A stretch of DNA of 63,590 bases, filler included, from Kipferlia bialata (lineage: Eukaryota): the NCBI GenBank assembly GCA_003568945.1. It is 7 parts of 6 records of this genome, joined end to end, with 100 filler letters (N's around TTAATTAATTAA, not from the genome) between each part and the next. Parts side by side here need not be neighbours in the genome. Positions count along the whole stretch, not along the records: positions 9,945 to 23,975 come from BDIP01000868.1; positions 24,076 to 38,076 come from BDIP01000869.1; 5 more parts are not named here. One strand, 5' to 3'. Positions 10,926 through 25,355 of the stretch are shown piece after piece (position 1 is the stretch's first letter; each line of letters opens with the position of its first letter). The notes beneath the pieces were generated by a model. The model searched no databases. It saw nothing but the letters and a program-made list of their open reading frames with translations, and had not been told where the DNA came from. The translations under genes were made by a program, and so were the position numbers.

Positions 10926-13900
10926 TCACTGGAAGGGCCAGTGTGTGATTGGGGCAAACTGGTCTGTGGAGTGGGAGGGCATAGGGGTGGAGGGGGGGGA
11001 CGGGTCGGGGTCAGCCTCTGTCTCACCGGGACTGCACTTGGACACACCCTGTCTGGACATGGATGTATACATGTATGGATGGACAGGGTCACGGGTGAGG
11101 AGGGGGGCCTGACTCTGATACAGGTCCCCATGGGCTGCGCCTAGCTCAACGCCTCTATCCTCTGACATCACATCGCCATACACATCCATGCCATACACGT
11201 CTGTGCCTGTGTACGCACTGGGGTATGGGGTGTGTGTGTGGTGGCACAGAGGGGACTCCGGGGACGACACACCAAACACCTGGCGTCAGAGATGGGTACA
11301 CATGCATAGTATACAATATATCTATATCTATACACTTAATATATACATACATGTGTGAGGATAGTGCGTCAGTGTCACTATAATGGATAATGGACAATGG
11401 AGGTAGGGACACAGTGCATCACGTTAAAAACAATGTGTACCAATACATCCACATCCCCCGCCATTAATACAAACACAAACACAATACACATAGGTGTATA
11501 TATACATACACATCTGGCTATATGTGTGCGTCCCCCATCTGTCCATATCACTAAATCAGGTATATACATCCATACCTGTCCAAACACCCCAGTCCCAGGA
11601 TACACGTCAGCAGGGGACACGCTCATAAGCACAGCCGCCTGTCTGGGGGTCAGAGGCACACACGGATGTATAGCCAGTTGATATGATGTCTATCCGTACC
11701 TGTATCTAATTGTATTTCTATATCTACACACTATATCCTACCCCTGTCCCTACCTCAGATCCACCACAGTGGCTATGGATATATACACCCTGTCCCAGTA
11801 TCTATGCATCCATCAATATATATATCCACCCACCCCCACCCCTCTCCCCATGTCCCTACCTCAGATCCACCAGGGTGGCCAGGGCCTGGGCGCACCGTGC
11901 CTCCTCCATGGCTATGGATGAGTGCAGTGTCTGCACCCTGAGGGCCGAGGCAGCTCGTGCATCGGAGAGGGCGGCCTGGGGGTCAGGGGGTATACATGCA
12001 CGGGTGCTGCCAGTATATATATGCTGTCAGACCGACCCGTCCACAGGCACCCCCCACACCATATCCTCTCTATCCACCCTATGTCCACGCATACCTTGGC
12101 CCTAGCCACTCTGGCGTCCAGGGTCTGTCTGACACCGAGGAGGTGGGCCTTGGCCCGGGAGAGCCTGTCGGCAAGGCGCATACTCTCTCTGATTGTGAGT
12201 CACAATATATATATGCATATAGCATATATGTATTAGTATGGTGTATATAGTGCTATATATAGTATATACATATATGTATACTCACTACACATTCCATTCA
12301 CAGACATACACACATATACAAACATGCCTATACCACCAGTCGGCTGACTCATCATCTGACATTGCACCACATGTATAAATACTCCCCCCCCTTTACATGC
12401 ATGTATATATATATATGTCTGTATATGCCCCTCTCCATCCCCCGCACCTCTGGTCTGCCCTCTCTGCCTGTGCCTGGTGGTCCTGCCTGAGACAGGTCAG
12501 GGCCTTGGAGAGAGAGGACTGCTCAGCAAGCACCTGGGGGTGGGGAAGCATCATATACATATCATACAGTATCACATATATCATATTACACGTCACACAC
12601 ACAATACACTTGTGGTAGCCAAATGTACCACATATATCGCATACACATACACATCCTATCCCTGCCCCATACACACGTGTCCATATACATCCATACAGAG
12701 TGTACACCCCGACCAGCCCCTACCTCCTCCAGCTGTCCTTGGACTGTCTGGACGGAGGCCTCGGAGGCAGAGAGGGCGGACTTGAGCGAGGTGACTCTGG
12801 CCTGGGGGTGGGGGTAGGATACAGCCGGTATATACCCAATGATATGTGCACTTCCTGTCCCACCAACCGTCCTCCAGCCCTACCTGCAGCACCCGCAGCT
12901 GGTGTGCCCCGCCCTCCTCCTCTCTGTGCAGGCTGTCTATGCGGTGCCTCTGGCCCTGACTCACACCCTGCACCGCGTGCACCTCGGCCTCAAGGGCTGG
13001 GTCAGATTATCCATAGGTACATATGCTGATATATACTGATACTGCCTCTAGGGCTGGGACCACAGTCAAGCAGTGCTCGAGGTAGAGTAGGAGAGGAAAC
13101 GACAATGCCACACCCCAAGGCAGACGGCTGAGAATAAAGAGACAACAAAATAAAAATAGCAGAGAGGGAAATTCGAAATCGCATCCAATCACTCTGGCCA
13201 CTCTGGCCACTCTGGCCACTCTGAATAGGACACTGTGCTTGGGTCACTGCACTATATATACTACTCCTCACCTTGCATCTGCGCCCTCTCTCTGGCAGAC
13301 TCTCTGCCCCCCAGGGTCTCTCTCTCGCACACCCCTCCCCTCAGCACCGCCAGTCGAGATGAGAGCGAGGACGCATCGCGTACAACGCGGCCCAGTCTGG
13401 GGGTCAGAGAGACAAGAGGTACCAAGGGAGAGCAGCCACCGCTACCAGTGCCCCACCCCAACCCCATATCATATACCATATCATATACCATGCCATATAC
13501 CATATCAGATATCATAGCACATATCATATGTCGTGTGTATGTATGGTAGTACCCACCTCTCCCTGAGTCTCTTTCTGTTTGTGAGGGCCTTGGACACCGT
13601 TGCCAGGTCCCGGTCCAGTCTGTGGCTGGCAGATGCCTCTGTGCGGCACAGGGCCTGGGGGGAGGCGTCGTTAGGGTGTGTCTATATACATATCACAGAA
13701 ATACATGTACTGACATGTACTGCCACCGCGACTCTGTATCAGTATCAGTATCAGTATCTGTCTCAGTGCACGCACCTTGACCCTGTGCACCCGGTCTCTG
13801 TTCCTCTGCTGCCTGCGCTGCACCTCGCTCAGGGCCAGTGCCGCAGACACCTGCCGCAGGGCACTCACCAGACACGGCAGGGGGCACTCCCCCCCGGGTG

Positions 13901-14240
13901 TAGACGCGGGGCCTGCCTGCCCGGGTGTGTGCCTCGACAGCACTGCAGGCAGGGCGAGTGCATGGGGTGTGACCGGGCTCTTGTTGAAGGCACAGGACAG
14001 CAGGAACCTGGTCACATCACTGTCAGTGGCAGTGGCAGTGGCAGTGTGTGTGTGTGTGTGTGTCTGGGCATGACCATGTCCATGCATATGCCTATTAGAC
14101 TCGGTCAGACACCTGGGGTATCAGCAGACAGAGAGTGAGAGAGGGTCGGGCGAGTGATTATTACTGATGGGTGGAGAGGGAAAGAGTGTATCACAGACTA
14201 TACACAGAGGGGAGAGTATGTGATGCACATATGCCATATC

Positions 14241-14272
<32 letters not shown>

Positions 14273-17200
14273 CACCCATCCATGTACTAATACTGATCCA
14301 CCCATGTATGCACTCCCTACCTGTGTATGTCTGGTATACTGTCCCTCAGGTCCTGCAGCACACTCCTCTGCACACTGCTGGGGGCACCCAGTCTAGACCC
14401 GATGCCCAGGGAGGGGGCTGGGCCAGTGTGAGTGTCAGTGTGAGTGTCAGTGTGAGTGTTAGGGGTCAGCCCAGATACAGGCCCACTCCCTCTCCCACTC
14501 CCTCTCCCACCGTCAGTCCCCCTATACCCTCCACTTCCACCCCCCACTTCCCTGGCCACCCGTCTCAGCCACTGCCTGGCCCTGACACTCATGGACTTCC
14601 CCCTGCCCCTCCTGGCACTCCTAATACTAATGCGCCTCTCCCTGAGTACACGCTGTCTGTCCACAGTCACCGCATCGCTCTCCCCCTCGCTGTCGGTCTC
14701 TCTCTCTCCACCCAATGCAACAGGTACAGGCACTGGGAGGGGTAGGGTTCCAGGGGTGTACCGGAGATGGCGGAAGAGGTCATTGGCCTCTCTCTGCCTC
14801 TCGTTCTCTCTCTCCCTCTCTCTCTCCCTCCCCTCCGACACCTGCCTCAGACTCATGCACCCAGGTCGTCTATGCATACCCACTCCCCCGCCCATTCCGA
14901 CATACGGGTAGTGTGCCCCAGATGTGGGGAGAGCAGATGGGGGAGAGGGGTGCCTGGGTGTGTGTCTGTATGGGTGTGTGTGACTGTTGTGGGAGCACAC
15001 AGGTGGGACCGAGAGGGGAGGGGGGAGGGGGCCTGGGGGTAGGGGGGTATGGGGGGATCTATACATGCTGACAAGGATGTACCTGGTACAACATATGTCC
15101 ATATTGTGATCCACTAGTGTTCATGCACATATACATATCCATATCCTGCACCCACCCTGGCCATACAGCGTGTGGCTGCCCCTGCCCTGTCCCATAGATG
15201 CCATGGGGTGGTCTGGCCCATCCTGTTGCATGTACACACCCTGGGGTCCTGAGCATGATGAGGGCTGGGCACAGGGGTCCCCAGCCTGCATTGCCTGGGA
15301 CGGTCAGACACACACACACACACACACACACACTCATACACATACCCATCAATGGATACGTGCATATACACACATACCTGTAGAATGGCAAAGTGATACA
15401 TACCTGCATATATATATATATATACATACATATACATATACATACCTGCAGAGTGGCAAAGTGTAGGAGAGGGGGTGGGGCTACCCCCTGCCCGCCCTGG
15501 CTGTGCGTCACATGCCCATTGGGCATTGGCTGTGCGGACTGCGGGAGGGGCTGTGTGTGTGCGTAGTTACCACCCTGGGCTGTTGGCATGTCTCTATCTA
15601 TCCCATGGGGGTCCGGCTGGGTGGGGGGGTAGCCCTGGTACCCGTCATCTCCTGCTACCCCTCTCTCTCTCTCTGCATACTCGCTGGGGTCAGTGGGGTG
15701 GGGATGTTAGGACCACAGTGGTGTCTCCGCACACATATATACACACACATACCCTTCTGTGTATGTCCCCTCATACCCGGTCGGTATCCTGTGTCCCTGC
15801 TGGCCTAGGGGGGAGAGGGCAAGAGACCCCTCGACAAGCCCCCGTTCTCTCTCTCTCTCTCTCTCTCTCTCCCTCTGTCTCCTCTGCTGTCTGAGTATCA
15901 ACTGCTTCTGGCGGTACCTCTCATGGTCTCTCTCTCTCTCTCTCTCCCACTCCCCCTTCTGACCGTCCCTTCCAGTCGCTGGGTACTCGTACTGCGTGTC
16001 GTGCTGAGTGTCGTAGTGGTGCATGGATAGAGTGTCCCCCCGTCCCCCCAGACCCCTCTCTAAACCCCTCTCTCCACCCTGCTCCTGGTGGGACACATCA
16101 GGATATGGATATGCGGCACGGGCATGCATGTGGGGGTGGGACACATCAGCCAGACCCAGGGGGGCTGCGGTGAGGGGGGGGGGGGGCAACATGACCAGTG
16201 TATATCAGAATCAGTGTATAGAGTGAGGGTATGCGGCAAACATATTAATAGATGTAGAAAATATGTATATCCACTCCCAACCCTCCTCCGTACACACGTG
16301 TATCCACACCAACTCCTTGTAGTTGCTACATTGTATTGTACTCCCATGGACAGAGGTATACCCCCACCACCCCGTACCCAGTGTGTCTGCCATATCTGCA
16401 TGTGCATGTGCATGTGCATGTGTGTGTGTCTTGTTGAGCTGGGCCAGCTCCCTGGATATGATGTCTCGGGAGAGCAGGGACTCGACACTCATGTTGTCAC
16501 CTGGAGTGAGGGAGGGGAGGGGATAGCGACATATACATGTACGACATATATATATGTACATGTATGTAGACACAGAGGCAACCGCTGTACCCCCACCCGG
16601 TGCTACCTGCCAAGACCTGCGACACCGATGCCAATACATAGTCCATGGTCATGTCTCCCACATAGCCCAGGGCCATGTCGGACACAGACAGCGAGGCATC
16701 CCCATCATCTCTGTCTCTGTCTCTATCATCTCTGTCTCTGTCATAGTAGTCCCCTCCCAAGGCACTGGCCCTGGCCCTGGCCTCGCCTGCACCAGACACA
16801 CCCATACCCATCCCCATCCCCATGTCTGCCATGTCCAGTGAGGCCAGGGGGTCTGGGTGCCCATCGGCTGGGTCAGTACACAGCACTATCACCCGTATCC
16901 ATATATACTTATATACATCAGAACATACATGTGTCAGTGTGTATACATGTGCCACCCATACCTGTCTGAGGGTGGGTACCCATGCCCTGCCCAGCGTCTA
17001 GGGGACAGGCCGGACCAGGGGGAAGGGTACCCGCACCGTCTATGGACATGTATGGGTCATGCGCCATGGCTGGTGCTGCTGATGGGCGGGTGTCCCTTGT
17101 AGCCATGGGGGCCATAGACATAGGGGCCATAGGGGAGGGGGCACTGTCTGCATAGGGTGACTGGGGGGCAGGGGGAGGGGCCTGGGGGATCAGGATCAGT

Positions 17201-17911
17201 CACTGACCAGCGTTGGTACAGGTATATGCATATACAATGCAAGCATAACCAGACAACACTCGTAGATGCCCATACACCATAATCACTAATATGATATCAA
17301 CTGACACACATGTATATCCATATCCTCTTACCTCCCCCACCCCCTGAGTCATAGGGACAGGCATGTGCAGATGGGGCATGCCCCCGAAGGGAGAGGCGGC
17401 AGAGGACTGGGCGAGGGACTCTCTGGAGTCAATCAAGGGGGGTGTAACTGGTAAGACACAGTGTCTATGCCATACTACAATTATAAGTGTAACATACACT
17501 TTGTTAACAATATGATAACATGCACAACCGTGGTTGTAGTAGAATGACCCCAAACGGTACCGGTACCGGTAATACATACACATTACGATACCAAAAGAAT
17601 ACACCCCAAAGAGCACCAGCATAGAGTGCCACACCCCCTTACCTCAGCCGCTGCGCCATCTGGGTGTGCCGCCCCTCCGTGTCTGTGTTGGCCCCTGAGA
17701 GTGCGGTGCCCAGACCCCCTATCCCCCCCAGGCTGTTGAGGTTGAAGTACTCTAGCAGCTCATGGGGAAAGAGCTCTCGCCCCTGGTTGACCCTGGCCCC
17801 ATACTCCGCAGTGGCTGCCTCGTATTGCTCCCGAGTCATGCGAGGCCCATCCCCTCCATCGGCATCAGGGGGGGTGCCATCCACTGACCCGGCACTTGGT
17901 GCATTGGCCAT
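10926..17911 (-). CDS. Large multi-exon low-complexity/coiled-coil hypothetical protein (possibly more than one gene)
   Basis: First exon MANAPSAGSVDG...QMAQRLR; many short exons with CTGACCCCCAG acceptors; coiled-coil segments such as VLAEQSSLSKALTCLRQDHQAQAERADQR. Exact exon chain uncertain. Confidence 0.55.
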
Positions 17912-18518
17912 AGGTCGCTCAGCGACTCAGCGACTCAGCGACTCAGCCTCTAGACCACTGGTACACTGCCTGTCTGACCACCTCACTCCACCTGGTGGGT
18001 ACAGAGAGAGCAGCCCTACTCAGGACTAAGATGATTTGCGTACTATTGTGATACCAACCCCTAAACCAAAAAATCATGATACACAAGTTTTTGTAGAAAG
18101 GGGCCAACACAGTGCAAAAGTAGGCCTAATACAAGCAACATAACTGACTATCATCTGTCTCACTTGCTTCCCTTAATGCCCGTCTCCCGTTTCGTATCGG
18201 GAGTGCGGACTCGGCGCAGCACTATTTTGGACAGTAGACAGTATAAGGTGTAATATTTGTTGTAAGTCTATTGTTCGGTGTTAGAGTACACGCACACCCA
18301 TTACTTGTCACACCTTAGATCAGACCTGACACTTGCATTGGTTGTGCATGTTCACACGTCTATACCAGTGTGGAACGTGTGACCGGGTATGTATGTATGT
18401 AGGTGTATATGTATATATGTGTATATGTATATATGTGCATATGTGTTATGGTACAGTCGGGGCCTGACCCCCCCTTGAAATGCAGGTGCCTCATACGGGT
18501 GCCTGCAGCTCCAGCCCC

Positions 18519-21500
18519 CTAGACCCCTAGAGCTGTGCCCTGCCTGTCTGGCCAGTCTGGTGTGTGGAGTGGTGTTGGGGCTGGTGTCTGTGTCTCTGCC
18601 CCTCGATGGGGGGGATGGGTATCTCGGTGCCTGTCACCCCCATCTTGAGGCCAAAGGCTGTCTCCAGACACGTCATCTTGGAGGACTCCTAGGGTGAGGG
18701 GGGGGGGGAGATACACTTCTAAGGTATGGGACACATGCACCCTATTATACATGAATATGCACACCTTGTATATCAGGTCCCACCCCCCCATGTCTCTGGG
18801 GGCACCCTCCTCCAGGATGGACTCCAGGTGGGGGGCGTCGATGCTGGGGTGAGGGGGTAGGCATACGCATATACATACACATATATATATAGCCGTATAT
18901 ATATCCGTATATGTAGATGAGGTGTCATTGTCGGGGGATGGAATGGCACCTCCACACACACACACATCTGTATACATACACCCCTGTATACACCTACACC
19001 CATCCATCCATCCACACACACATACACACCTTGGGAATGCCGGCCCTGTCCTCGCCTTGGTCTTAACACCCAGGCCCCGCTGGGTATCAACCAGAATGGA
19101 GACCAGGCCCTGGGGGTGGGAAGGAGTCTACAACCCCACCTCGTCGTCCATATATATATATATATATATATATATACATGCGTGTATATATATATACATA
19201 TGTGTGTGTATATCCATGTCAAGAGATACACTTCATCGGCATACCATTGCCATCTGCTGTATGTATGTATGCATGTGTGTATGCATGTGTGTATGTGTGT
19301 GTATATATATGCATGTGTGCCCACCTTAGTCATCCTCTGTATGTGCCTGGTAACCAGGGGCGTGGCGTGCTCCAGAGTGGGGGAGCTAGGGTCAGAGGTA
19401 CTCACTGATGGTGTACTTACACTACACACTACCCGCATCCCACTACTTGTTGTTCTCCAGTATCAGCATCAGCATCAGTATCAAACCCTCTATCCACCTC
19501 CCCTATCCCCCCCCTGCCCCCACCTGTTGATATATCCACTATCCACTATCAGAACCCAGCAGCCATGGCACCATGTCTCTGATACTGATACTGACACTGA
19601 CACTGATACTGATACCCCACCTGTTGATATATACTGATACCGATACCCCACCTGTTGATATATCCACTATCCACTATCAGATGATGACACTGATACTCAT
19701 ACTGATACCGATACCCCACCTGTTGATCTCCAGCAGCCATGGCACCATGTCTCTGTCGACTAGGAAGTCATACCCGTAGATCTCAAACCCCTCTGCCGGA
19801 CAGGTCAGGTCGAACCTGCCACACGAAATGGAGGCTATGATGATCTCCATCATCCTAGGGGGTCAGGGGGGGGGTAGAGTGCATCAGTAGAGACATGGTG
19901 TTGTAGACACCCGTATCATCCATACAGAGAATATATCATCTATGCAAGGTGTCAGCATCCACCCCCCATGCTAGTGTACATACCTGTGCCTAAGACCCTT
20001 GATCAGAGACTCGGGGGAGGCATAGACACCCCCCTCTGCCTCTGCCTCTGCCTGTCCCTCTGTCTGTGTCTGTCCCATGTGCTTGAGATACTCGGCATGC
20101 CCCATCGACTCCACCCACTCCCTGAAGCCTGGGGGTCAGACAAGGGAGGGGGGGGGGTTCTCTGTCTTCTGACCATATACATACCCACATATACCGTTCC
20201 AGCACGCCAAGTAATATAGGACACGCAGCCTTCTATGTATATACCTATGTCTACAAACATACACCATACATATAAGTATATATATCTCACATGTTATATA
20301 TCCATCAGTATATATACACATGCCATATATATATGTATATACATCGACCTATAATCATACAATATATACAATATATATATATACATCCACCCACTGTCCC
20401 AGTACCACATGTTATAAATCCATCATATATATATATTCATACACGTCCATCTATAATCATACAACATATACAATATACACATATACACATCCACCCACCG
20501 TCCCAGTCCCACATGTTCCCCTCCCCCGTGATGCCTGCGTCCTGGCCGTACTCGGGCAGGTGCTTCTGAATACTAAAGTCAGTGTCAGTATCAGAATATA
20601 TATATATATATATATATAGTGTATCATATAGTACCGGTGCTTCTGGATGCTGGGGTCAGTGTCAGCAGCACAGAGGGGAATACATAGTATATATATATAT
20701 ATAAACTATAGATGGAGACATGCTTCTGAGGCATACAGCGCATACATCCAGACGCATACCCCCCCCCCCCTATATACATGTGTATATACACATAATGTAT
20801 CCACTGTGCCCCGTGCCTGTCATTGGCCAGGTGGTATATATATATATATATATAAACTGATACTGACCCACCTGTTGTTGGCCAGGTGGATGGACGGATC
20901 GTCTAAGTCCTCGAGGCTGAACTTGGTGGAGCAGAACCTGGGTCAGACAGGGGGGGGGGTATGACATACATGTGTACAGTGTATACACATGTACAGTGCA
21001 TACATGTGTGGGGCATGACCCACCTGAGGTATGGTGTGTCATATGCCCATATCACGAGGGGGTTGAGGCTGGACACCACCACCCACTGCCGGATGTCAAA
21101 CTTGTAGTCGTGCACCAGCAAGGGGCGCTCTGGCATAAGAGGGTGAGAGGGGTGCGGGGGGGACTGAAGAGTGTACAGTACACATGATGCCTAGACCCCC
21201 TCACCCACGTATCTCTGTGCCACGAATGTCTCCTCGGGCCTCCCCACCTGGTCGCAGATGTGCTGCAGGTCGTCAGAGACGAAGATGCCTGGGGTCAGGG
21301 ATAGACAAGGCAAGGGGACCGTGTGCATTATCTATATTACCATAACCATAACCAGTCAGTCCGGTGTGTGTCTATGCACCCCCCACTCACCCCGACCCCT
21401 GCTCTTCCCTGCCGGCTTGATGACCCAACTGTTCTTGTACCCAGAGATGGAGTACTGTAGCCTGGGGGTGAGGGTCACGCTGTATAATATACACTGTATA

Positions 21501-23840
21501 CTATACACTATATACCTACACGCTATATACCTACATGCTATATCGGTTGACAGAGTGTGCATAACAGCCTGGGCCACACCGACACAGCGCATACATATGT
21601 ATATGTATGTATGCACCTGACCCCCACCTAGTATATGATACATATATATGTATATCATATATATACACACACCCCTCCCACCTTGTGTCGATGTGTCTGA
21701 GGGCCTGGGCCACCCTGGCACCCTCTGCGACCAGGGCGTCAAAGGGGGCGGCACACACGGCCTGGGTCAGAGGGGGATGTGTAGGTGTGTGGGTATATGT
21801 ATACAAAATGTGTATACATATATGCGTCAGGGATTGTCATGACATAATATGATTATATGGGACATCTGACTATACGGGAAGATACAGTATGAGTGCACTC
21901 CTCCCCCATATATACATAGATATATACAAATACATATATTCACATACATATACATAGATATATACAAATACATATATTCACATACATATACATATATATA
22001 TAAATACGTATATTCACATACATATATACATAAATATACAAATACGTATATTCACATACATATACATAAATATATATATACATACATATATTCACATACA
22101 TCTTGCATACCCCCCCCCCCTGACAACTGAGACAGACACCCACCTATACCACTATAAGCCTTACCTTGCCGTAGGGGCTGTCCCTGGCCATGGCTGTGCC
22201 TGTCCCCTGGGTGTCGTCTACCATCTGGGCCAGCGGGGCAGACGAGACCGACAGGGTCTGGGGGGTGCCAGTCAGGGGGCACAGCAGACCCCACTCCTAC
22301 GCGTAAAGGGGTGATGGTGTATAGAGATGGCACAATCTAAAAGAAGCATCCACAACCATGTGAGCAATACACCTCCCCCTCCCGTACCTGTGAGTGCGGC
22401 ATAGGGGGGGCAGGCAGGGACCCCAGGTCAGGCAGGGCGTCCCCCTCCCCCTCCCCCTCCCCCTCCCCCTCTCCATGCTCTGCCTCTGTCTCATGTGCGT
22501 CTTGTGTCTCATGTGCCTTCCCCTTCCCACTCCTGCCCTTCTTGCTGGAGTGTCTGCGTCTGTGCCTGTGTCTCTTGTTGTCGATGTCCTCATGCATCAC
22601 ATGCGCCAGACGGGACCTAGGGGGGAGGGTGGGTAGGGTTAGGGATATAGAGACTTGTCATGGATATATTGGGTACACCAGGTAGTTAGGGATATTGGGT
22701 ACCAGGTAGTTAGGGATATTGGGTACCAGGTAGGATGCGTACAGTGTCAGATGACGCCAGACATGTGAACCACCCCATCCACCCATCCACCCATCCACCC
22801 ATACCTGAGGCCCATCAGACTGACCTCCAGGGCAGGCCTCACCCCCAGCCTGTCCTGACTAGGCACACCCTGCCATAAGGGGGGGGGGGGGACGGGACAA
22901 TGTGGCTGGGCACTGGTTCTCTACCGATATATAGATACACATACATCCATATCAATCAGTCGGAGTGTGTACCACCTAGCCCTAGCGTGTACTGTATATA
23001 TACTACAGGATATGGGTATGCATCATATACATGCACCCACATTGTCCACCACATGAACTGTATATATATATAGATAGATGTAGATACAGATACATGTATC
23101 CATCTCAATCCCACCTTGTCCACCGCATGTCTCACGGTCGACAGGGCCTTGCTCAGCCTGGTCATCAGGGGGATATATCAGGGGGATATATCAGGGGGAT
23201 ATATCAGGGGGATATATCAGGGGGACCAAGGAGGGAGAGGCAGAGATACATGCATGGGTACTCACTGATACTGTGGACACAGCGTCGACATGTGACATCC
23301 AACGCAGTATATATATATATATATACATATTGGTTCTACCAATATGCATATACTACCATATAAACATACGAGAGAGACAGGAACATTACGATGAACACAC
23401 ATACAAATACATCCACACACATAACTGCACCCCCACCTGAACATGGATATAGACACATGAGTGATACCTGAACATGGCTATGAATGCCCTGAGGGTGTCT
23501 GCGGTGGAACAGTCGAAGCAGAGGGGGAAGTAGGAGACAGAGGGGAGAGTCGACACGGAGCCTGGGTCAGAGGGGGTGGGTACAGGCATGAGTATGAACA
23601 CATAGGTATACATACAATAGGTATATATGCTACAGGTATGTATACAATTGGACACATACCCTGGGTCAGAGAGAGCCATACATAGTTACCCAGTTAGTCA
23701 TATCAATTCCAACGGAAAGACAAAAGTCTGCACACAACATATACACATTCATCAGTTACTACTACCACCACGTATGTACACACATCCCCTCCCAGCATCC
23801 TTGCCCTACCTGACTCCTCCAATGCCTTGAGCAACCCGAC
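18519..23840 (-). CDS. TTLL3: Tubulin-tyrosine ligase-like protein, TTLL3/TTLL8 glycylase type (5' partial)
   Basis: [77 protein letters not shown] and KFDIRQW are typical of the glycylases. Confidence 0.85.
22667..22735. repeat. About 23-bp intronic tandem repeat (3 copies)
   Basis: ATATTGGGTACCAGGTAGTTAGGG units. Confidence 0.9.
23164..23224. repeat. 14-bp tandem repeat (about 4.5 copies) next to an acceptor
   Basis: ATCAGGGGGATAT(AT) units. Confidence 0.9.
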
Positions 23841-24169
23841 CTGGGGTGAGGCTCCATAACATCATTATTCCATCAGGCATCAGCCAGCACAGCATGTGTA
23901 TGAGGTATGTGTATATGGTATGTGTATTGCATGTCCCCCCCCCCCCCCCCCTTTTTTTGGGGGGACCCCCCGGTTNNNNNNNNNNNNNNNNNNNNNNNNN
24001 NNNNNNNNNNNNNNNNNNNTTAATTAATTAANNNNNNNNNNNNNNNNNNNNNNNNNNNNNNNNNNNNNNNNNNNNTCCTTAATTCCCCCTCACTCTCTTG
24101 ATACCCCCCCCCCCCCTCTCTCTCTCTCTCCATACATATCCTCACCCCCAGGTCCTTGAGGCCCACTCC

Positions 24170-24207
<38 letters not shown>

Positions 24208-24244
24208 CTCTCTATATATGTATACATTCATACTTACCCCCTAG

Positions 24245-25135
24245 GTCCTTGAGGCCCACGGCATGTCCAAGGAGGACGTCGAGAAGATGTCCTACCTCGG
24301 AATCTCTGGAATCGCCAACGTCCTTGGACTCATCAAGGTATATATATACACAGATACATATATTATGTATGTATATATATAATACTACTCTATTTGCACT
24401 GTACACTAACCCCCAGATGGCCAAGTACTACGAGCTGACCGAGAAGGACGTCATGGTCACTGTGGCCACCGACTCTGCCGCTATGTACATGTCCAGGTAT
24501 ATATATTAATATATATATACATACATGTGTTTAGTTGGGTTATCTATGTGCATGTACAGGTACAGTCTCCCTCTCCTTCGCTGTGAGTATATATATATAT
24601 ATCTGCTATCCACTCACCCCCCAGGCTCAAGGAGCTGACCGCCGAGCACGGCGAGTACACTGAGCTCAACGCTGAGTGCGACATGGAGAGGTATGCAATT
24701 TACAATGTATAATAGAGAAATATGTATCATAAAAAATAATAGTGCTACTGTTACTGATACTGATGCTAGGCTGAAGCAGATCACCGTTGACTATAAGTAT
24801 ACGTGTATCATATATAGTACTGATGCTAGGCTGAAGCAGATCACCGTTGACTGGATGGAGGAGCTCACCTACGCCAAGAGGAAGAGAGTGCACCACCTCA
24901 AGTACTACACCTGGATCGAGCAGCAGGTTGGTATATGCGTATGTATCTCTCTCTCTCTCTCTACACCCCTTTTAACCACCAGGGAAAGACCCTCGAGGAG
25001 CTCAACGCCCAGTGGTACGACAGGGACACCTACTGGCCCGAGCGTTACGCCTCTGCTGAGAGGCTCAACGACAGGATCAACGCCTTCAACGACAGGACCG
25101 GCCTCATGGCCAAGCTGTACCCCAAGAAGGAGTAG
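24245..25135 (+). CDS. PLP-dependent enzyme (cysteine synthase/tryptophan synthase beta-like fold), bacterial-type family, C-terminal half
   Basis: LGISGIANVLGLIKMAKYYELTEKDVMVTVATDSAAMY...RKRVHHLKYYTWIEQQGKTLEELNAQWYDRDTYW. GISG and TDS motifs plus a C-terminal extension I recall from proteins of anaerobic bacteria. Confidence 0.75.
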
Positions 25136-25355
25136 AGCAGTAGCAGAGAGTAGTAGAATAGATAGATAGATACCCCTTGATATATATATGGTGAGTTGAG
25201 TCTAGAGTGAATGTGTGTTACATTGGAAAAAGGGTGCAGAGAACAAAAAATGCTGTGACTGTCAACGCGTATCTGGACCTCTTTGAGACCTACTCACCCT
25301 GTGAGTATACTCTAGTCACTCTATCAGGGACAGAGTGATAGAGACAGCACTGTGA

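Noticed and set aside
13533..16969. Plus-strand ORFs of 145-293 aa
   Set aside because: Low-complexity antisense read-through. Splice signals point to the minus strand.
18030..18480. Possible ncRNA in the intergenic region
   Set aside because: No tRNA, snRNA or snoRNA motif that I could support by eye.
21905..22100. AT-rich minisatellite
   Set aside because: Degenerate (TA/CA)n intron filler with no terminal repeats or transposase.
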